From an uncultured delta proteobacterium (lineage in GTDB: Bacteria > Myxococcota_A > Polyangia > Fen-1088), in contig CAVTRY010000012.1 in assembly GCA_963737265.1 (NCBI GenBank), forward strand, positions 1 to 64,000: a DNA stretch of 64,000 nucleotides, written 5' to 3'. The position numbers and the translations under genes are program-made. Numbering within the stretch: position 1 is the first letter of the stretch; every line of letters begins with the position of its first letter. The notes under the pieces were generated by a model. The model worked only from the letters and a program-made list of their open reading frames with translations, was not told the DNA's origin and did not search any database. Below are positions 1-10,370 of the stretch, piece after piece.

Positions 1-322
1 CACGCTGCGCCTCATCGCCATGGTCGAGACCGAGGACACCATCAAGAAGATTCTCTCTGCCATGGGCTTGCCCACCGAGCCGCCCAAACTCTGGCCCGCA
101 CGGCCGCCTCCCTCGCGATCTGGTGGCGAGGGCGGAGACTGGCTGAACTGACGGCACGTCGACCAGGTCGGGATGGAGTCGACTGCCCTGCGTGCTCGAG
201 AAAGACCCCGTCAGGCCCCAGAAATCCGGTCAAGCGCGCCGCGCCAACGCGATCGGGGCCGACCTGATGCGGTCCGGCAGGGTTCTCCGACGCTCAAAAC
301 ACCCTTTGATTCCCCTATGGTC
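1..322 (+). mobile_element. 3' end of IS91/ISCR-like element (copy A): transposase C-terminus (stop 151), conserved 3' region, putative oriIS end
   Basis: Translates ...LRLIAMVETEDTIKKILSAMGLPTEPPKLWPARPPP...GGDWLN*, as in the other copies. Ends CCCTTTGATTCCCCTATGGTC, resembling the ISCR oriIS end. Confidence 0.85.
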
Positions 323-541
323 CTCCACCCCGCCCAACTCGGCGACTGGTCGATCCCCGGGAGTGTCGGTCGCCGGTGCTCCATCCACATTCGATTGGCC
401 GTCAGGCAGGGCGCGCCCTACATCACTCGCTTGGCCGTCTGGCAATGAGGTGGCCCCATCGTGACAACCAGCACAGCACAAAAGCGCCACAGCAGAAAAT
501 GCCATTCCCGCGAATAGTCGTTGCATCAAGGCAATCCTCAT
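323..541 (-). pseudogene. Lipoprotein gene truncated by IS91-like copy A
   Basis: MRIALMQRLFAGMAFSAVALLCCAGC signal/lipobox. The frame runs into the oriIS end at ~322. Confidence 0.55.
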
Positions 542-545
542 ACGG

Positions 546-1148
546 TCATTCCTTTGCGATCTGAATGACAAAGTTGTCGGCGCAGGCTTGGCAAGTATCA
601 CTCGATGGTTGGAAGACTCTATACAGCAGGGCTGGCGGAAGCCGTCCGGTTACCGGCGTTGCGAACAGGCCTCCTAGACCACCTCCACCAGGCCTAATAG
701 AAAGGGCAAAACCCCCGCTACAACCCGCAATCGCCGCGGATTCAGCTGCGTACATGATCGATGTCTCCGCTACTTCGTCGCGCGCTAGTACTAGGAACTG
801 CCCCGCTCCGTCAACGGGGACGATCTGCGAGGGAGCAGAAACCAGGCTAGCCGCGATGAGCTCACAATTCTGGTTACTGTTTTGAACAGTCCCAACCGCT
901 TGAAGTTCTAGAGTAGCGCCGGGTCCGATTCCGTCGACCTGCGAGCAGGATGGCGTGTCCAAACCATTCGACATCACGAGAGACCCATCGTAGGTGAAGG
1001 TACTTCGCGTGTCATAGAGATCGATGACACTAACTTTGTAGCGCCCGCTTGGGTCGATCCCGGCATCGTAGCAGATGCGATTCTGGCACCCAAGAGCGAG
1101 TGCCAGGATTCCTACTGCGCAGGCGAGATAAATAGGGCGGTCTAGCAT
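546..1148 (-). CDS. Hypothetical lipoprotein
   Basis: LALGC lipobox, 200 aa, tightly coupled to the upstream gene. Confidence 0.75.
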   Translation of the reverse strand: MLDRPIYLACAVGILALALGCQNRICYDAGIDPSGRYKVSVIDLYDTRSTFTYDGSLVMSNGLDTPSCSQVDGIGPGATLELQAVGTVQNSNQNCELIAASLVSAPSQIVPVDGAGQFLVLARDEVAETSIMYAAESAAIAGCSGGFALSIRPGGGGLGGLFATPVTGRLPPALLYRVFQPSSDTCQACADNFVIQIAKE

Positions 1149-1150
1149 TG

Positions 1151-2188
1151 CTAACGAATGATCTGTACCGGGAGGCAGGTCAGTTTAAAGGCGTCGAAGT
1201 ACGTGCCAGGAGGGCACGGGGGCTCGCATACCTGTGTGTTCGGATTGGCAGTCGTCCCTGGTGGACATGTGCCATCAGCTGCGATGCAGGCAAGAAGAGT
1301 GGACGTGCCGGGAAGAACTGGTTGAGGCCCAACCCACGCGGTCGGGCAAATAGCACTTCCACTCGCGTCGGTAGTGTGGAGCTCCGCACCGACTTTGCGA
1401 CAGGCGCCGGCGCCATCACACGTGCCATCGCTGCCGCACTGGTTCGTCGCCGTCTGGTCCACGCAAGTCGCCCGCGGATCCTGCTTGCCGGCAGCAACCG
1501 GGGCGCAGGTTCCGTCGGTCTTGCTCGTGTAAAGCTGCGCGCAGGAGTAACATGCGTCCTTGCAGGCGCCGTCACAGCAAACCCCGTCAACGCAGTAGCC
1601 CAAAGGACAATCGGCACTGCTCTTACAGGCGGTGCCGATCATGGCGCCGGCATCGATCGGCGGAGCCGATGAACCGCCGGATCCTCCTGACGCGCCGCCG
1701 ATCGGAGTCAGTGGAGCATCGGTAGGGCCTCCGCCCATTGCGCTTACCCCCGCGGAACCGCCCGTCCCGCCCCCCGCGCCCCCCGCAGCACCGCCTGTCG
1801 CACCACCGGCGCCACCACCTATTGCACCACCGGCGGAACCGTCTGTCGCACCACCCCCGCCCACCGTGGAACCGTCTTTCGCACCGCCAGCGCCACCCGC
1901 GGATCCGTCTTTCGCACCGCCAGCGCCACCCTTGCTCGCACCATCCACGCCAATCGAGCCATCGGAGCCACCAGCGCCGCTGGTCGAGCCGGCTTTTTGG
2001 CAGCTACCCGTCGCGGCGCCAGGCAGCTTGCTGCATGTATAACCCGTCGGACAATTGTTGTCCGTCGTGCAGACCATCTGACTGACTTTGTCGTCGGGGT
2101 GATTGAAGCACCCAGTCAGCACCGTCGCCGACAGCGCCAGCGTCAAGGCCCAGGATGCTCTTCTGCGAACGTTCAACTCCGTCGACAT
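1151..2188 (-). CDS. Cys-rich lipoprotein with Gly/Ala-rich linker (myxobacterial type)
   Basis: LTGC lipobox, GGAGG repeats, CVDGVCC motif. Confidence 0.8.
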   Translation of the reverse strand: MSTELNVRRRASWALTLALSATVLTGCFNHPDDKVSQMVCTTDNNCPTGYTCSKLPGAATGSCQKAGSTSGAGGSDGSIGVDGASKGGAGGAKDGSAGGAGGAKDGSTVGGGGATDGSAGGAIGGGAGGATGGAAGGAGGGTGGSAGVSAMGGGPTDAPLTPIGGASGGSGGSSAPPIDAGAMIGTACKSSADCPLGYCVDGVCCDGACKDACYSCAQLYTSKTDGTCAPVAAGKQDPRATCVDQTATNQCGSDGTCDGAGACRKVGAELHTTDASGSAICPTAWVGPQPVLPGTSTLLACIAADGTCPPGTTANPNTQVCEPPCPPGTYFDAFKLTCLPVQIIR

Positions 2189-2991
2189 TAGAAGGCCCCC
2201 CGAAGAGCCGCGCCCACGAGGCCCGGTCCGACCGTGGGCAGCAAAGCCACGCTATCGCCGCCGCCCTTGCTCCAGCCGACGCCGTAGAGAATGGCGCCAG
2301 TCACGATAGCCCCGGCGCCAACGCCATAGCCAACCCAACTGAAGGTTTCGTAGCTCTGCCTGGTCGATTCCTTGCTTCGGTCGTAGGTGTTGGGAGGCGT
2401 GATGCTCTTCGCAAGGCTGTTGGCCTTGAGGTTGAGGAGCACGCCAGCAGCCAGCCCCGCCACGCCCACGCTGGCGAGCACCACGCCCGTCACGCGCAGG
2501 CCCGAGCCCGACGAAGAGGTCGGCTGCGACTGCCGAATCGCGACGACTTGTTCCGGCAGGGCCGATGTCGCCGGAATCGCCGACATCGGCTGAGTCGCTG
2601 GTTGAGGCGCTGGTGCTACAACGGGTGGGTTCTTCTTAGCTTCCAGCTCCTCGCACTCGGCGATGTGCTTTTGCGCCAGCGCGGGGTCCTCGCTGCCCGG
2701 CGTACGAATATATTCGCGAAACCGACTCACCGCGTCGTGGTACCTCTCGGACTGCTCGTAGCAGCGCCCTTGGTTGAAGATGTACGTGGGATTTTTTGAG
2801 TTGAGGAAGAGCTCTGAGAGAATCGACACGCCTTTGGCATAGTCACCCTCAAGGCAGGCTTTGCGCGCCTCGCGTTCTTGGGATTCCTTGCTGGTGGGCT
2901 CCGCCGTCTTGGACGGCTTTCCCTTGGCAAAAGCGGGCGCCCCCACCAACGTGAGCAATACGATCAAGAAAAAGCGAATTTGGATTTGCAT
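2188..2991 (-). CDS. Secreted TPR-domain protein with C-terminal membrane segments
   Basis: Signal peptide, YIFNQGRCYEQ TPR-like motif, hydrophobic C-terminal helices. Confidence 0.8.
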   Translation of the reverse strand: MQIQIRFFLIVLLTLVGAPAFAKGKPSKTAEPTSKESQEREARKACLEGDYAKGVSILSELFLNSKNPTYIFNQGRCYEQSERYHDAVSRFREYIRTPGSEDPALAQKHIAECEELEAKKNPPVVAPAPQPATQPMSAIPATSALPEQVVAIRQSQPTSSSGSGLRVTGVVLASVGVAGLAAGVLLNLKANSLAKSITPPNTYDRSKESTRQSYETFSWVGYGVGAGAIVTGAILYGVGWSKGGGDSVALLPTVGPGLVGAALRGAF

Positions 2992-3070
2992 CGTCTAACT
3001 CGCGCAACCAGGCGCGGAATATGTCACGAACCGGCAACCGCAGTCATCGAAAAAATTCTCCAGGCAAATA

Positions 3071-4630
3071 GACGCGTAAGGGAAACAAGCGGGGGCCAGG
3101 GTTCGAAAACCGGGTGAGAAGGGCCTGGACGGGGTTGCCAGCCCGGGGAGGGAGCCCAAGAAGGAGGGGACGAGGACAGGGTTTTGGTCACCTTGGGCGG
3201 CAGCATAGAGCGGCAATGGCGTCTTCGGGCAGACGGCGGCCCGGGCGGCGCGGTCTACGGGCTGCTTGGGCTAGGCGTGGAACATATCGGTCTGAGCATG
3301 GGGCTTGCGGCGCAGCTCGCGAACCTTCCAGTAGGGCGGCGCCCTCGCCGGGGCCAGGGGTGGTGGCTCGGTCGGCTCTCCCAGGTGGCGCAGGAACCTG
3401 GCGATGTTCTCGGGCTCCTGCACCAGCGATTTGAGCTTCATCTTGCCCCCGCACTTCGGGCAACGGTCGATGTCTTCCTTGAAGGTTTTCTTGGCGAGGA
3501 TGGCCCACGGGATGTAGGCGCAACGATGGGTAGGGGGGGTGCTTGCGGGTTTGGCGGCATCGCCCTGGGGCGGAGGCGGGGGTAGCGGCACGATCAGAGG
3601 GCGGAGCTTAGCGGCGGGGGCGAGAACACCGGAGTAGCGCACCCCATGCAACCTTGGCGGAGGAATCGTGGTGGCAAGACGGCAAAGCAACGAGAGCGGA
3701 TCCATGTCGACGGCGTAGGTGCCGTCTCGGAAAGGCTTGCGGAGCGTGATGCGGACCAGACCGTCTGGCAGGAGGCTCAGGCGCTCTTGGGCCAGGGGCG
3801 GGCGAAGCACGTACTTGCACAGGGCTTCGCGGCCACGAGCGTCTTCGGCGCCAGCGCGAGTGGCAGCATGCAGGGAGAACCCGAACTCGGTGACGGAAAG
3901 GGGCGCTGTCACTTCGACGCCGGGGTGGCCGCGCAGCATCACGGGTTCGGGGCAGCGGCGCAACTCGGGGCCAGCAGGCGGCAGGCCAGACACGGCGGCG
4001 GCGGCCAACTGGGCCAGGGCCGGCTCGCGCTCGGCGAAGCCGTCGTCGAGCACGGTCAGGTCGGAGCCAGGCTCGATGATGCCACGGCGGACGAGGTGTG
4101 CGAGGACGCGGGCACGCACCACCTGCAAGAGGTCGCCGACCTCCTCGGTCGAGAGGCGTGGCAGGGCGTGGAAGACCGGCTTGCCGTCGGGCACGGTCGC
4201 AAAGACACCATCGACGAAAATGGCGTGCAGGTGCGGGTTAAGCTTCACGTCGGCGTTGTTCCGCTGCGCGACCATGACCGCACCGCTGCGGCCGTCGCGA
4301 ATGCCTTCGTCGCGCATTCGGCGTCGATACCATCCAAGAACCGAGTCCATGAAGATCCTGCCGACCGCGCGCAGGGTCTTGCCATCGTAGGCCAGACGCT
4401 GGCGAAGCTCGAAGGGAAATGTCACCACGAACTGTCGCAGGGGAGTTGCTGGCAGCACGTGTTCGAGCCAATTCGTCGCGGTCTGTGCCATTCTTCTACC
4501 CGTACACGAGGGGAAAAATCCGCGCGACTTGCAGCTCCACGCCACGACCATGTGCTCGCCGCAGTCCTCGCATCGGAGCGCTGCAAAGCCTCGGCATAGC
4601 AGGCCGCAATCCAAGTACCCTGCAAACTCC
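3071..4630 (-). mobile_element. IS91/ISCR-like element (copy B), 5'-truncated by ISL3; transposase remnant 3271-4630
   Basis: Zn-binding CEDC...CKSRGFFPSC, HUH motif PHLH, single-Tyr KYVLRPP. Putative oriIS GCTTGTTTCCCTTACGCGTC near 3071-3090. Confidence 0.85.
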
Positions 4631-6121
4631 CGCCCATCACGCTTTCGGGTGAGCTTCCGTCGAGGGTCAGTGGCAGCATGAGAAATACAGGATCTGCATG
4701 AGGTTGTCGGGGTTGCGGTAGCCGTGGCCACGCTGGCTGATGCCGCGAACACGTGAATTGTTGCCTTCGAGGGCTGCGTTGGAAAGACCGTGCTTGGCCC
4801 AGGCAATAACGCCCGACCAATGGCGCTTAATCATGTTCCAGAATCGCTTCAACGAGCCAAGTCGTTGCCAGCGTAATAGGCGACGCCAGTGGTCGAGTGC
4901 TGCAGCCATACCGACCTCAGTGTGATAGCCCCATACGACGTCGAACTGCTCCTTGAGCAGGTACGCTACCTGGAGACGTCGGTTGAGGCGGAATAGCTCG
5001 TCAAGCTCGCGACGGCGACGCCAGTGAAGACGACGACGCTTCTTGAGCAGGAGGAACTTCTTGCCTCGGATGGCCTCGCGATACAGGCCACCCTTGCGCC
5101 AAAATTCCGCCTTGCGGACCTGGTCGACGGCGTCGGTGAGGTGGTGCTCGATGTGGAATCGGTCGAAGACGAGGTCAGCCTGTGGGGCATGTTCGCAGAT
5201 GGCGTTGATGTAGCCTTGGGCCATGTCCAGCGTGACTGCCACCAGCCGATGCGACCGGCGCGGTCCCAGCTTCACGAAAAACTGCTTGAGTGTTTCCTCC
5301 TGCTTGCCCTCGCCGATCCAAACCACGTGTCCGGCCTCGTGGTCCCAGACGATGGTCAGATACTTGTTCTGGCCTCGGCCGTAGCTGACCTCGTCGACGC
5401 CGATGATGCGAAGCTTGCGATGGAAGCGGCGCTCGACCGCATCCTCGACCCAGTGGGTGATGAGGCGCATGACGGTAGTCCAGTGCAGCCCGAGTTGGCG
5501 GCACACGCCGGCAATGGAAGTCGTGCGGGCACGCCGCAGGACCTCCGCCTCGAACATGTGAGTCATGCGCGAGCCGGTGCGCGCCCACGGGACCTGTTCG
5601 ACCCGGATCCCACAGCGGCGACAGCGCACGCGCCGCAGAGGCGCGATGACGACCGTGCGGATGCCCCAACCGTCGAGATGACGCCAGGCCCGGGCGCAAT
5701 TCTTGATATCCAGCGCGCAGCGCTTGGTCTCTCCACAGCCGGAGCACACAGCCGACTGCCTGGTCGGATACAGGTGTACATGCCAGGAGCCATCGGTACC
5801 GCTGTAGCTGTCGAAACTGACACGCCAGCCGTTTGCAATGGCCAGCTGCAATGCCAAAATACCAGGGACGGACGTTCGTTGGGAGTTCCTCGTGATTTGC
5901 ATAAACCCGAAGGATCACCGACGGACGTCCACTTTTCATTTCGCGCACCGTCGCGCGCGGCGACGAGATCCTCGTCGTCGCATAGCAGCACCTGAGCCGC
6001 CAGCGAGGAGGCCGTCACCCGTAGGGCCGGAGCGAAGCGGAGGAGGCGCGAAGCGCCTTGCCGGCCCCCGGAGCGGCGGCTACGCCGTTGCCTTCGCAAT
6101 CACCCGAACGCGCGATGAACC
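4631..6121 (-). mobile_element. ISL3-family element
   Basis: Imperfect terminal IRs CGCCCATCACGCTTTCGGGTGA / GGTTCATCGCGCGTTCGGGTGA. Flanks are not duplicated. Confidence 0.8.
4667..5902 (-). CDS. ISL3-family transposase
   Basis: Zn finger, IGVDE, TLDM, FDRFH, SNAALEGNN motifs. Confidence 0.92.
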   Translation of the reverse strand: MQITRNSQRTSVPGILALQLAIANGWRVSFDSYSGTDGSWHVHLYPTRQSAVCSGCGETKRCALDIKNCARAWRHLDGWGIRTVVIAPLRRVRCRRCGIRVEQVPWARTGSRMTHMFEAEVLRRARTTSIAGVCRQLGLHWTTVMRLITHWVEDAVERRFHRKLRIIGVDEVSYGRGQNKYLTIVWDHEAGHVVWIGEGKQEETLKQFFVKLGPRRSHRLVAVTLDMAQGYINAICEHAPQADLVFDRFHIEHHLTDAVDQVRKAEFWRKGGLYREAIRGKKFLLLKKRRRLHWRRRRELDELFRLNRRLQVAYLLKEQFDVVWGYHTEVGMAAALDHWRRLLRWQRLGSLKRFWNMIKRHWSGVIAWAKHGLSNAALEGNNSRVRGISQRGHGYRNPDNLMQILYFSCCH

Positions 6122-6598
6122 CAAATCTCACGCGCAGGACCATGCTCGGCCCGCCAGCGACGGATTCGCCGCTGCATTGTCCGAAGATGGCTCTCGTTGT
6201 ACCGCCCTGGCTGCTTCGCCTCCAGCAGCTCCAGCACCGTCTGAGCCTCCAGCCCAGGCGTTTCCTCCAGCAACTTGGCCACGGCTGGCCAGTCCTCGGC
6301 GAACGCGTCAGGGCGCGTCCGCCACCACCGCGGCTGCCGTAGCTCCGACGGTAGCTTGCCCGCAGCGATGTATCGCCGCCCTGTCTTCCGGTCCATGCCC
6401 GCCTTCATGGCGGCCTGGCCTACTTTTCCAATCTTGCTCATCTCTTCCATCAAACGCCTCACTTGGGCGTCGGTGACCGGCTTCAAAGGTGCCTCCTGCC
6501 CGCTTGCGGGCTTGGAGGTCTACCTCACGGTCACCGTCGCGCCTCAAAGCGGGGCGACGTAGCTGTCGTCTTTGGGGAGATGTAATTGTCGCTCAGCA
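6122..6598 (-). mobile_element. istA: IS21-family 5' remnant (left end plus truncated istA, start 6486)
   Basis: Near-identical to ~61886-62363. Left end TGCTGAGCGACAATTACATC. Cut by ISL3. Confidence 0.9.
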
Positions 6599-6632
6599 CG
6601 TTGTGTCTGTCTATCGTCCACGTCTTGTTCCC

Positions 6633-7781
6633 TCAGGGCTCGATCACCATGCGCGGCGAGTCGGCGCGCCCCCGGATTCGGTACACGCCGTTCACGAGCG
6701 GATCGCCCGCGTAGCTCGCCCATCTGAACTGCGCTAGGTACTCCTTTCCTGGGGTCCGCTTCCACGCCATGCTCTTTGCCTGCCAGGTTGCACCCGGCGC
6801 GAGGGTGACCAGCACTTCCTGGGCCGGGCGAGCTGGAAGCGGCGCCAGTGGAAGGTTTTTCCAGTCGAGCCTGACCGATCCACCGGGTCTTTCCCCGGGG
6901 TACTCGGCGACCATTACGACCGAGAGATGGAACGGATTCGTGGCAATGATCCAGCGCGGGTCAGTGAAGCACATCGTATCAACACCGATGTTCTTCATCG
7001 AGACGACGAATCCCTCGCCTTCCGGCAGATGGGTGTGCTCGAGTTGCAAGAGCACGGCCCGTTCGGGGTGGGCGAAGCTCTCCGACAAAATGGCCCGCGT
7101 CTTCTCGAGGACCGGCGCAATCTCGGCATGGTTCAACTCGTCGCTGTTATTGATGATTTCTTGGCTCGGGTCTTTGGATGGCTCGATCAGGGTGTAGACC
7201 GATTGTGTGAAGCCCGGGTGGCCCGCCATCGAGGGAAGCCCCCCAAACAGCTTCGATGTCTTGACGACGGCATGGAACTCACGTAGCGCTTGATCATCGA
7301 CGCGAGTACGGAAGAGTCCGATGGGTGTGCCAGGAATGTCGGCGTCCGATCGGAAGTACTCGAGAGACACCAGTGCGCTTCTCGATTCGAATTGCAGCGT
7401 CCAGTCGTTCTCGCTCACTCCGACCCCGAGTTGTGGCCCGCCATAGCTGTGAACGACGAATGCGAAATCAGGTACGTCCGGGCGAGGCCAGGTCAAGGTG
7501 GAAACTTTGGGAGAAACGGGAATGTCAATCATGGCTCGTACTCCAGCGCTTGAATAGGCAGGCGCGGGTTGGCCGGCCGGGTCTCGATGGGCAGCCGAGA
7601 GGGGCTTCTCGCTGAGGGGCCGAGCCTCCCCTGGCGCCGGACCGACCAAGCCAAGCGCCAGCAACAGTCCGGACCAGCGGGACAGCTTGCGGAGCCCTGC
7701 GCGCGGGAGGTGCCCGCGGGACGTCTCTTGATGCCTGAGTAAAACCGTTGCTCGTTCCTTCTCGACGAATGCTTCGGCCAT
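6633..7781 (-). CDS. Exported array protein, copy 4 (candidate T6SS immunity)
   Basis: 382 aa, hydrophobic signal LLLALGLVGPAPGEA, paralog of three neighbours. Function inferred from context. Confidence 0.8.
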   Translation of the reverse strand: MAEAFVEKERATVLLRHQETSRGHLPRAGLRKLSRWSGLLLALGLVGPAPGEARPLSEKPLSAAHRDPAGQPAPAYSSAGVRAMIDIPVSPKVSTLTWPRPDVPDFAFVVHSYGGPQLGVGVSENDWTLQFESRSALVSLEYFRSDADIPGTPIGLFRTRVDDQALREFHAVVKTSKLFGGLPSMAGHPGFTQSVYTLIEPSKDPSQEIINNSDELNHAEIAPVLEKTRAILSESFAHPERAVLLQLEHTHLPEGEGFVVSMKNIGVDTMCFTDPRWIIATNPFHLSVVMVAEYPGERPGGSVRLDWKNLPLAPLPARPAQEVLVTLAPGATWQAKSMAWKRTPGKEYLAQFRWASYAGDPLVNGVYRIRGRADSPRMVIEP

Positions 7782-7886
7782 GGTTGAATCCTACTCGGTC
7801 TACGTCGGAAAAGGCCAGGGCAGGCTGAGGCCGGCACGTGTCGCCGGTTGATCTTGCCGGGACCTCAACCGACCTTGCTCGCGGGG

Positions 7887-8492
7887 CTAACCGCGCTGGC
7901 GGACCAGGCTGCCCCGATCGTCGTCTGAATCCTGAGACGCGGACAGCGCATAGGTCCAGGTCCGTAGGTTTGCCGGGGCTGACGGTTCGGGAATGAGTCG
8001 AAAGCGAAGCAACTGGGAGCTGTCCTCTGCCTCCACGTCAAAGCGCTGGATGGGACCAAATACCTCGGCCAGCTGGGCCGGCTGGCAGGTGGGCAAGAAT
8101 GGCCGAAGCACCCGCGGGTCGTAGTAGCGGAAGAAGAGTCGCTTGTGATTCTCGGTGCGGACCTGCAGGAGCCTGCGCAGGTGGCGCCGGACCGCCACAA
8201 GCCCAGCGGTTGCCGCCAGGAAGATGCCCCACGAGTGCCCCCACCCTTGCTCGATCAATCGCGGCAACGTCACTGAGCCAGGCACGATGCGCAGCAGGTA
8301 CGGCGAAGCTGCCAGGAGATCCTCGGACAGGTGCCCTGTAAACAGGCAGCTGTATTCGAAGCCCGAAGCCTTGATCCAATGGTGGATGCCACGTTCCCTG
8401 GCTGCATCGATTAGGGCGTAGAGCGATGTGCCTTCTCTCTCGTAGCGATAGAATAGAAGGTCGAGCAGACGTTGTGTCTGTCTATCGTCCAC
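7887..8492 (-). CDS. DUF4123 T6SS adaptor/chaperone-family protein
   Basis: LYALIDAAR, SPYLL, WGIFL, FFRYYDPRVL motifs. GTG start after the upstream stop. Confidence 0.88.
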   Translation of the reverse strand: MDDRQTQRLLDLLFYRYEREGTSLYALIDAARERGIHHWIKASGFEYSCLFTGHLSEDLLAASPYLLRIVPGSVTLPRLIEQGWGHSWGIFLAATAGLVAVRRHLRRLLQVRTENHKRLFFRYYDPRVLRPFLPTCQPAQLAEVFGPIQRFDVEAEDSSQLLRFRLIPEPSAPANLRTWTYALSASQDSDDDRGSLVRQRG

Positions 8493-8503
8493 GTCTTGTT
8501 CCC

Positions 8504-9646
8504 TCAGGGCTCGATCACCATGCGCGGCGAGTCGGCGCGCCCCCGGATTCGGTACACGCCGTTGACGAGAGGATCGCCCGCGTAGTTTGCCCATCTGAAC
8601 TGAGCTAGGTACTCCTTTCCTGGGGTCCGCTTCCACGCCATGCTCTTTGCCTGCCAGGTTGCACCCGGCGCGAGGGTGACCAGCACTTCCTGGGCCGGGC
8701 GAGCTGGAAGCGGCGCCAGTGGAAGGTTTTTCCAGTCGAGTCTCGGAGGTTCGCCGGGCTTTTCCCCGGCATATTCCGTGACCATCACGACCGATCGGTC
8801 GTGAGTTGAGTTGGCAGGAATCCAGCGTGGATCGGCGAAGCAGATGGTATCGATGCCGATGTTCTTCATCGAGACCACGAACACGTCGCCGTCCCGGAGA
8901 TGGGCGCGCTCTAGACCCAAGATCACCGCCCGCTCGGGATGGGCGAAGCTCTGCGAGAACATGGCCTGCGTCTTCTCCAGGACCGGCGCAATAACAACAC
9001 GGTTCAGGTCGTCGCTGTCGTTGATGGTTTGGTGTGACTCCTTGGCCGGCTCGATCAGGGTGTACTCCGATTGGGTGAGCCCTGGGTGACGCGCCATTGA
9101 GGCGAGTGTCCCGAACAGCTTCGACGTCGTGACAATGGAGTAGAAATCCCGTAGAGCCTGGTCGTCAATGTGGGTGCGGAAGATTCCGATGGGGGTGCCA
9201 GGAACGTCGAAGTCCGACCCGAAGTACTCGAGGGACACGAGCTCGTTTCTCGACTCGACCTGCAGGGTCGAATCGTCATAGCCCACCCCGAATCCGATCT
9301 CTGGACCGCGGCTGTGAACCACGAACGCGTAGTCAGGCACGCCCGGGCGCGGCCAGGCTGGGGTGGAAATCTTGGGAGAAACGGGAATGGCAATCATGGC
9401 TCGTACTCCAGCGCTTGAATAGGCAGGCGCGGGTTGGCCGGCCGGGTCTCGATGGGCAGCCGAGAGGGGCTTCTCGCTGAGGGGTCGAGCCTCCCCTGGC
9501 GCCGGACCGACCAAGCCAAGCGCCAGCAACAGTCCGCACCAGCGGGACAGCTTGCGGAGCCCTGCGCGCGGGAGGTGCCCGCGGGACGTCTCTTGATGCC
9601 TGAGTAAAACCGTTGCTCGTTCCTTCTCGACGAATGCTTCGGCCAT
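8504..9646 (-). CDS. Exported array protein, copy 3 (most divergent core)
   Basis: 380 aa paralog with conserved termini and a variable centre. Confidence 0.8.
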   Translation of the reverse strand: MAEAFVEKERATVLLRHQETSRGHLPRAGLRKLSRWCGLLLALGLVGPAPGEARPLSEKPLSAAHRDPAGQPAPAYSSAGVRAMIAIPVSPKISTPAWPRPGVPDYAFVVHSRGPEIGFGVGYDDSTLQVESRNELVSLEYFGSDFDVPGTPIGIFRTHIDDQALRDFYSIVTTSKLFGTLASMARHPGLTQSEYTLIEPAKESHQTINDSDDLNRVVIAPVLEKTQAMFSQSFAHPERAVILGLERAHLRDGDVFVVSMKNIGIDTICFADPRWIPANSTHDRSVVMVTEYAGEKPGEPPRLDWKNLPLAPLPARPAQEVLVTLAPGATWQAKSMAWKRTPGKEYLAQFRWANYAGDPLVNGVYRIRGRADSPRMVIEP

Positions 9647-9753
9647 GGTTGAATCCTACTCGGTCTGCGTCGGAAAAGGCTAGGGCAGGCTGAGGCCGGC
9701 ACAGTGTCGCCGGTTGATCTTGCCGGGACCTCAAACCGACCTTGCTCGCGGGG

Positions 9754-10359
9754 CTAACCGCGCTGGCGGACCAGGTTACCCCGATCGTCGTCTGCATCTT
9801 GAGACGCGGACAGCGCATAGGTCCATGACCGTAGGTTTGCCGGGGCAGACGGTTCGGGAATGAGTCGAAAGCGAAGCAATTGGGAGCTGTCCTCTGCCTC
9901 CACGTCAAAGCGCTGGATGGGACCAAATACCTCGGCCAGCTGGGCCGGCTGGCAGGTGGGCAAGAATGGCCGAAGCACCCGCGGGTCGTAGTAGCGGAAG
10001 AAGAGTCGCTTGTGATTCTCGGTGCGGACCTGCAGGAGCCTGCGCAGGTGGCGCCGGACCGCCACAAGCCCAGCGGTTGCCGCCAGGAAGATGCCCCACG
10101 AGTGCCCCCACCCTTGCTCGATCAATCGCGGCAACGTCACTGAGCCAGGCACGATGCGCAGCAGGTACGGCGAAGCTGCCAGGAGATCCTCGGACAGGTG
10201 CCCTGTAAACAGGCAGCTGTATTCGAAGCCCGAAGCCTTGATCCAATGGTGGATGCCACGTTCCCTGGCTGCATCGATTAGGGCGTAGAGCGATGTGCCT
10301 TCTCTCTCGTAGCGATAGAATAGAAGGTCGAGCAGACGTTGTGTCTGTCTGTCATCCAC
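9754..10359 (-). CDS. DUF4123 T6SS adaptor/chaperone-family protein
   Basis: Near-identical to 7887-8492. Confidence 0.88.
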   Translation of the reverse strand: MDDRQTQRLLDLLFYRYEREGTSLYALIDAARERGIHHWIKASGFEYSCLFTGHLSEDLLAASPYLLRIVPGSVTLPRLIEQGWGHSWGIFLAATAGLVAVRRHLRRLLQVRTENHKRLFFRYYDPRVLRPFLPTCQPAQLAEVFGPIQRFDVEAEDSSQLLRFRLIPEPSAPANLRSWTYALSASQDADDDRGNLVRQRG

Positions 10360-10370
10360 GACGTGCTCTC

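Noticed and set aside
1730-1990. Short imperfect tandem repeats
   Set aside because: They encode the GGAGG linker of the lipoprotein.
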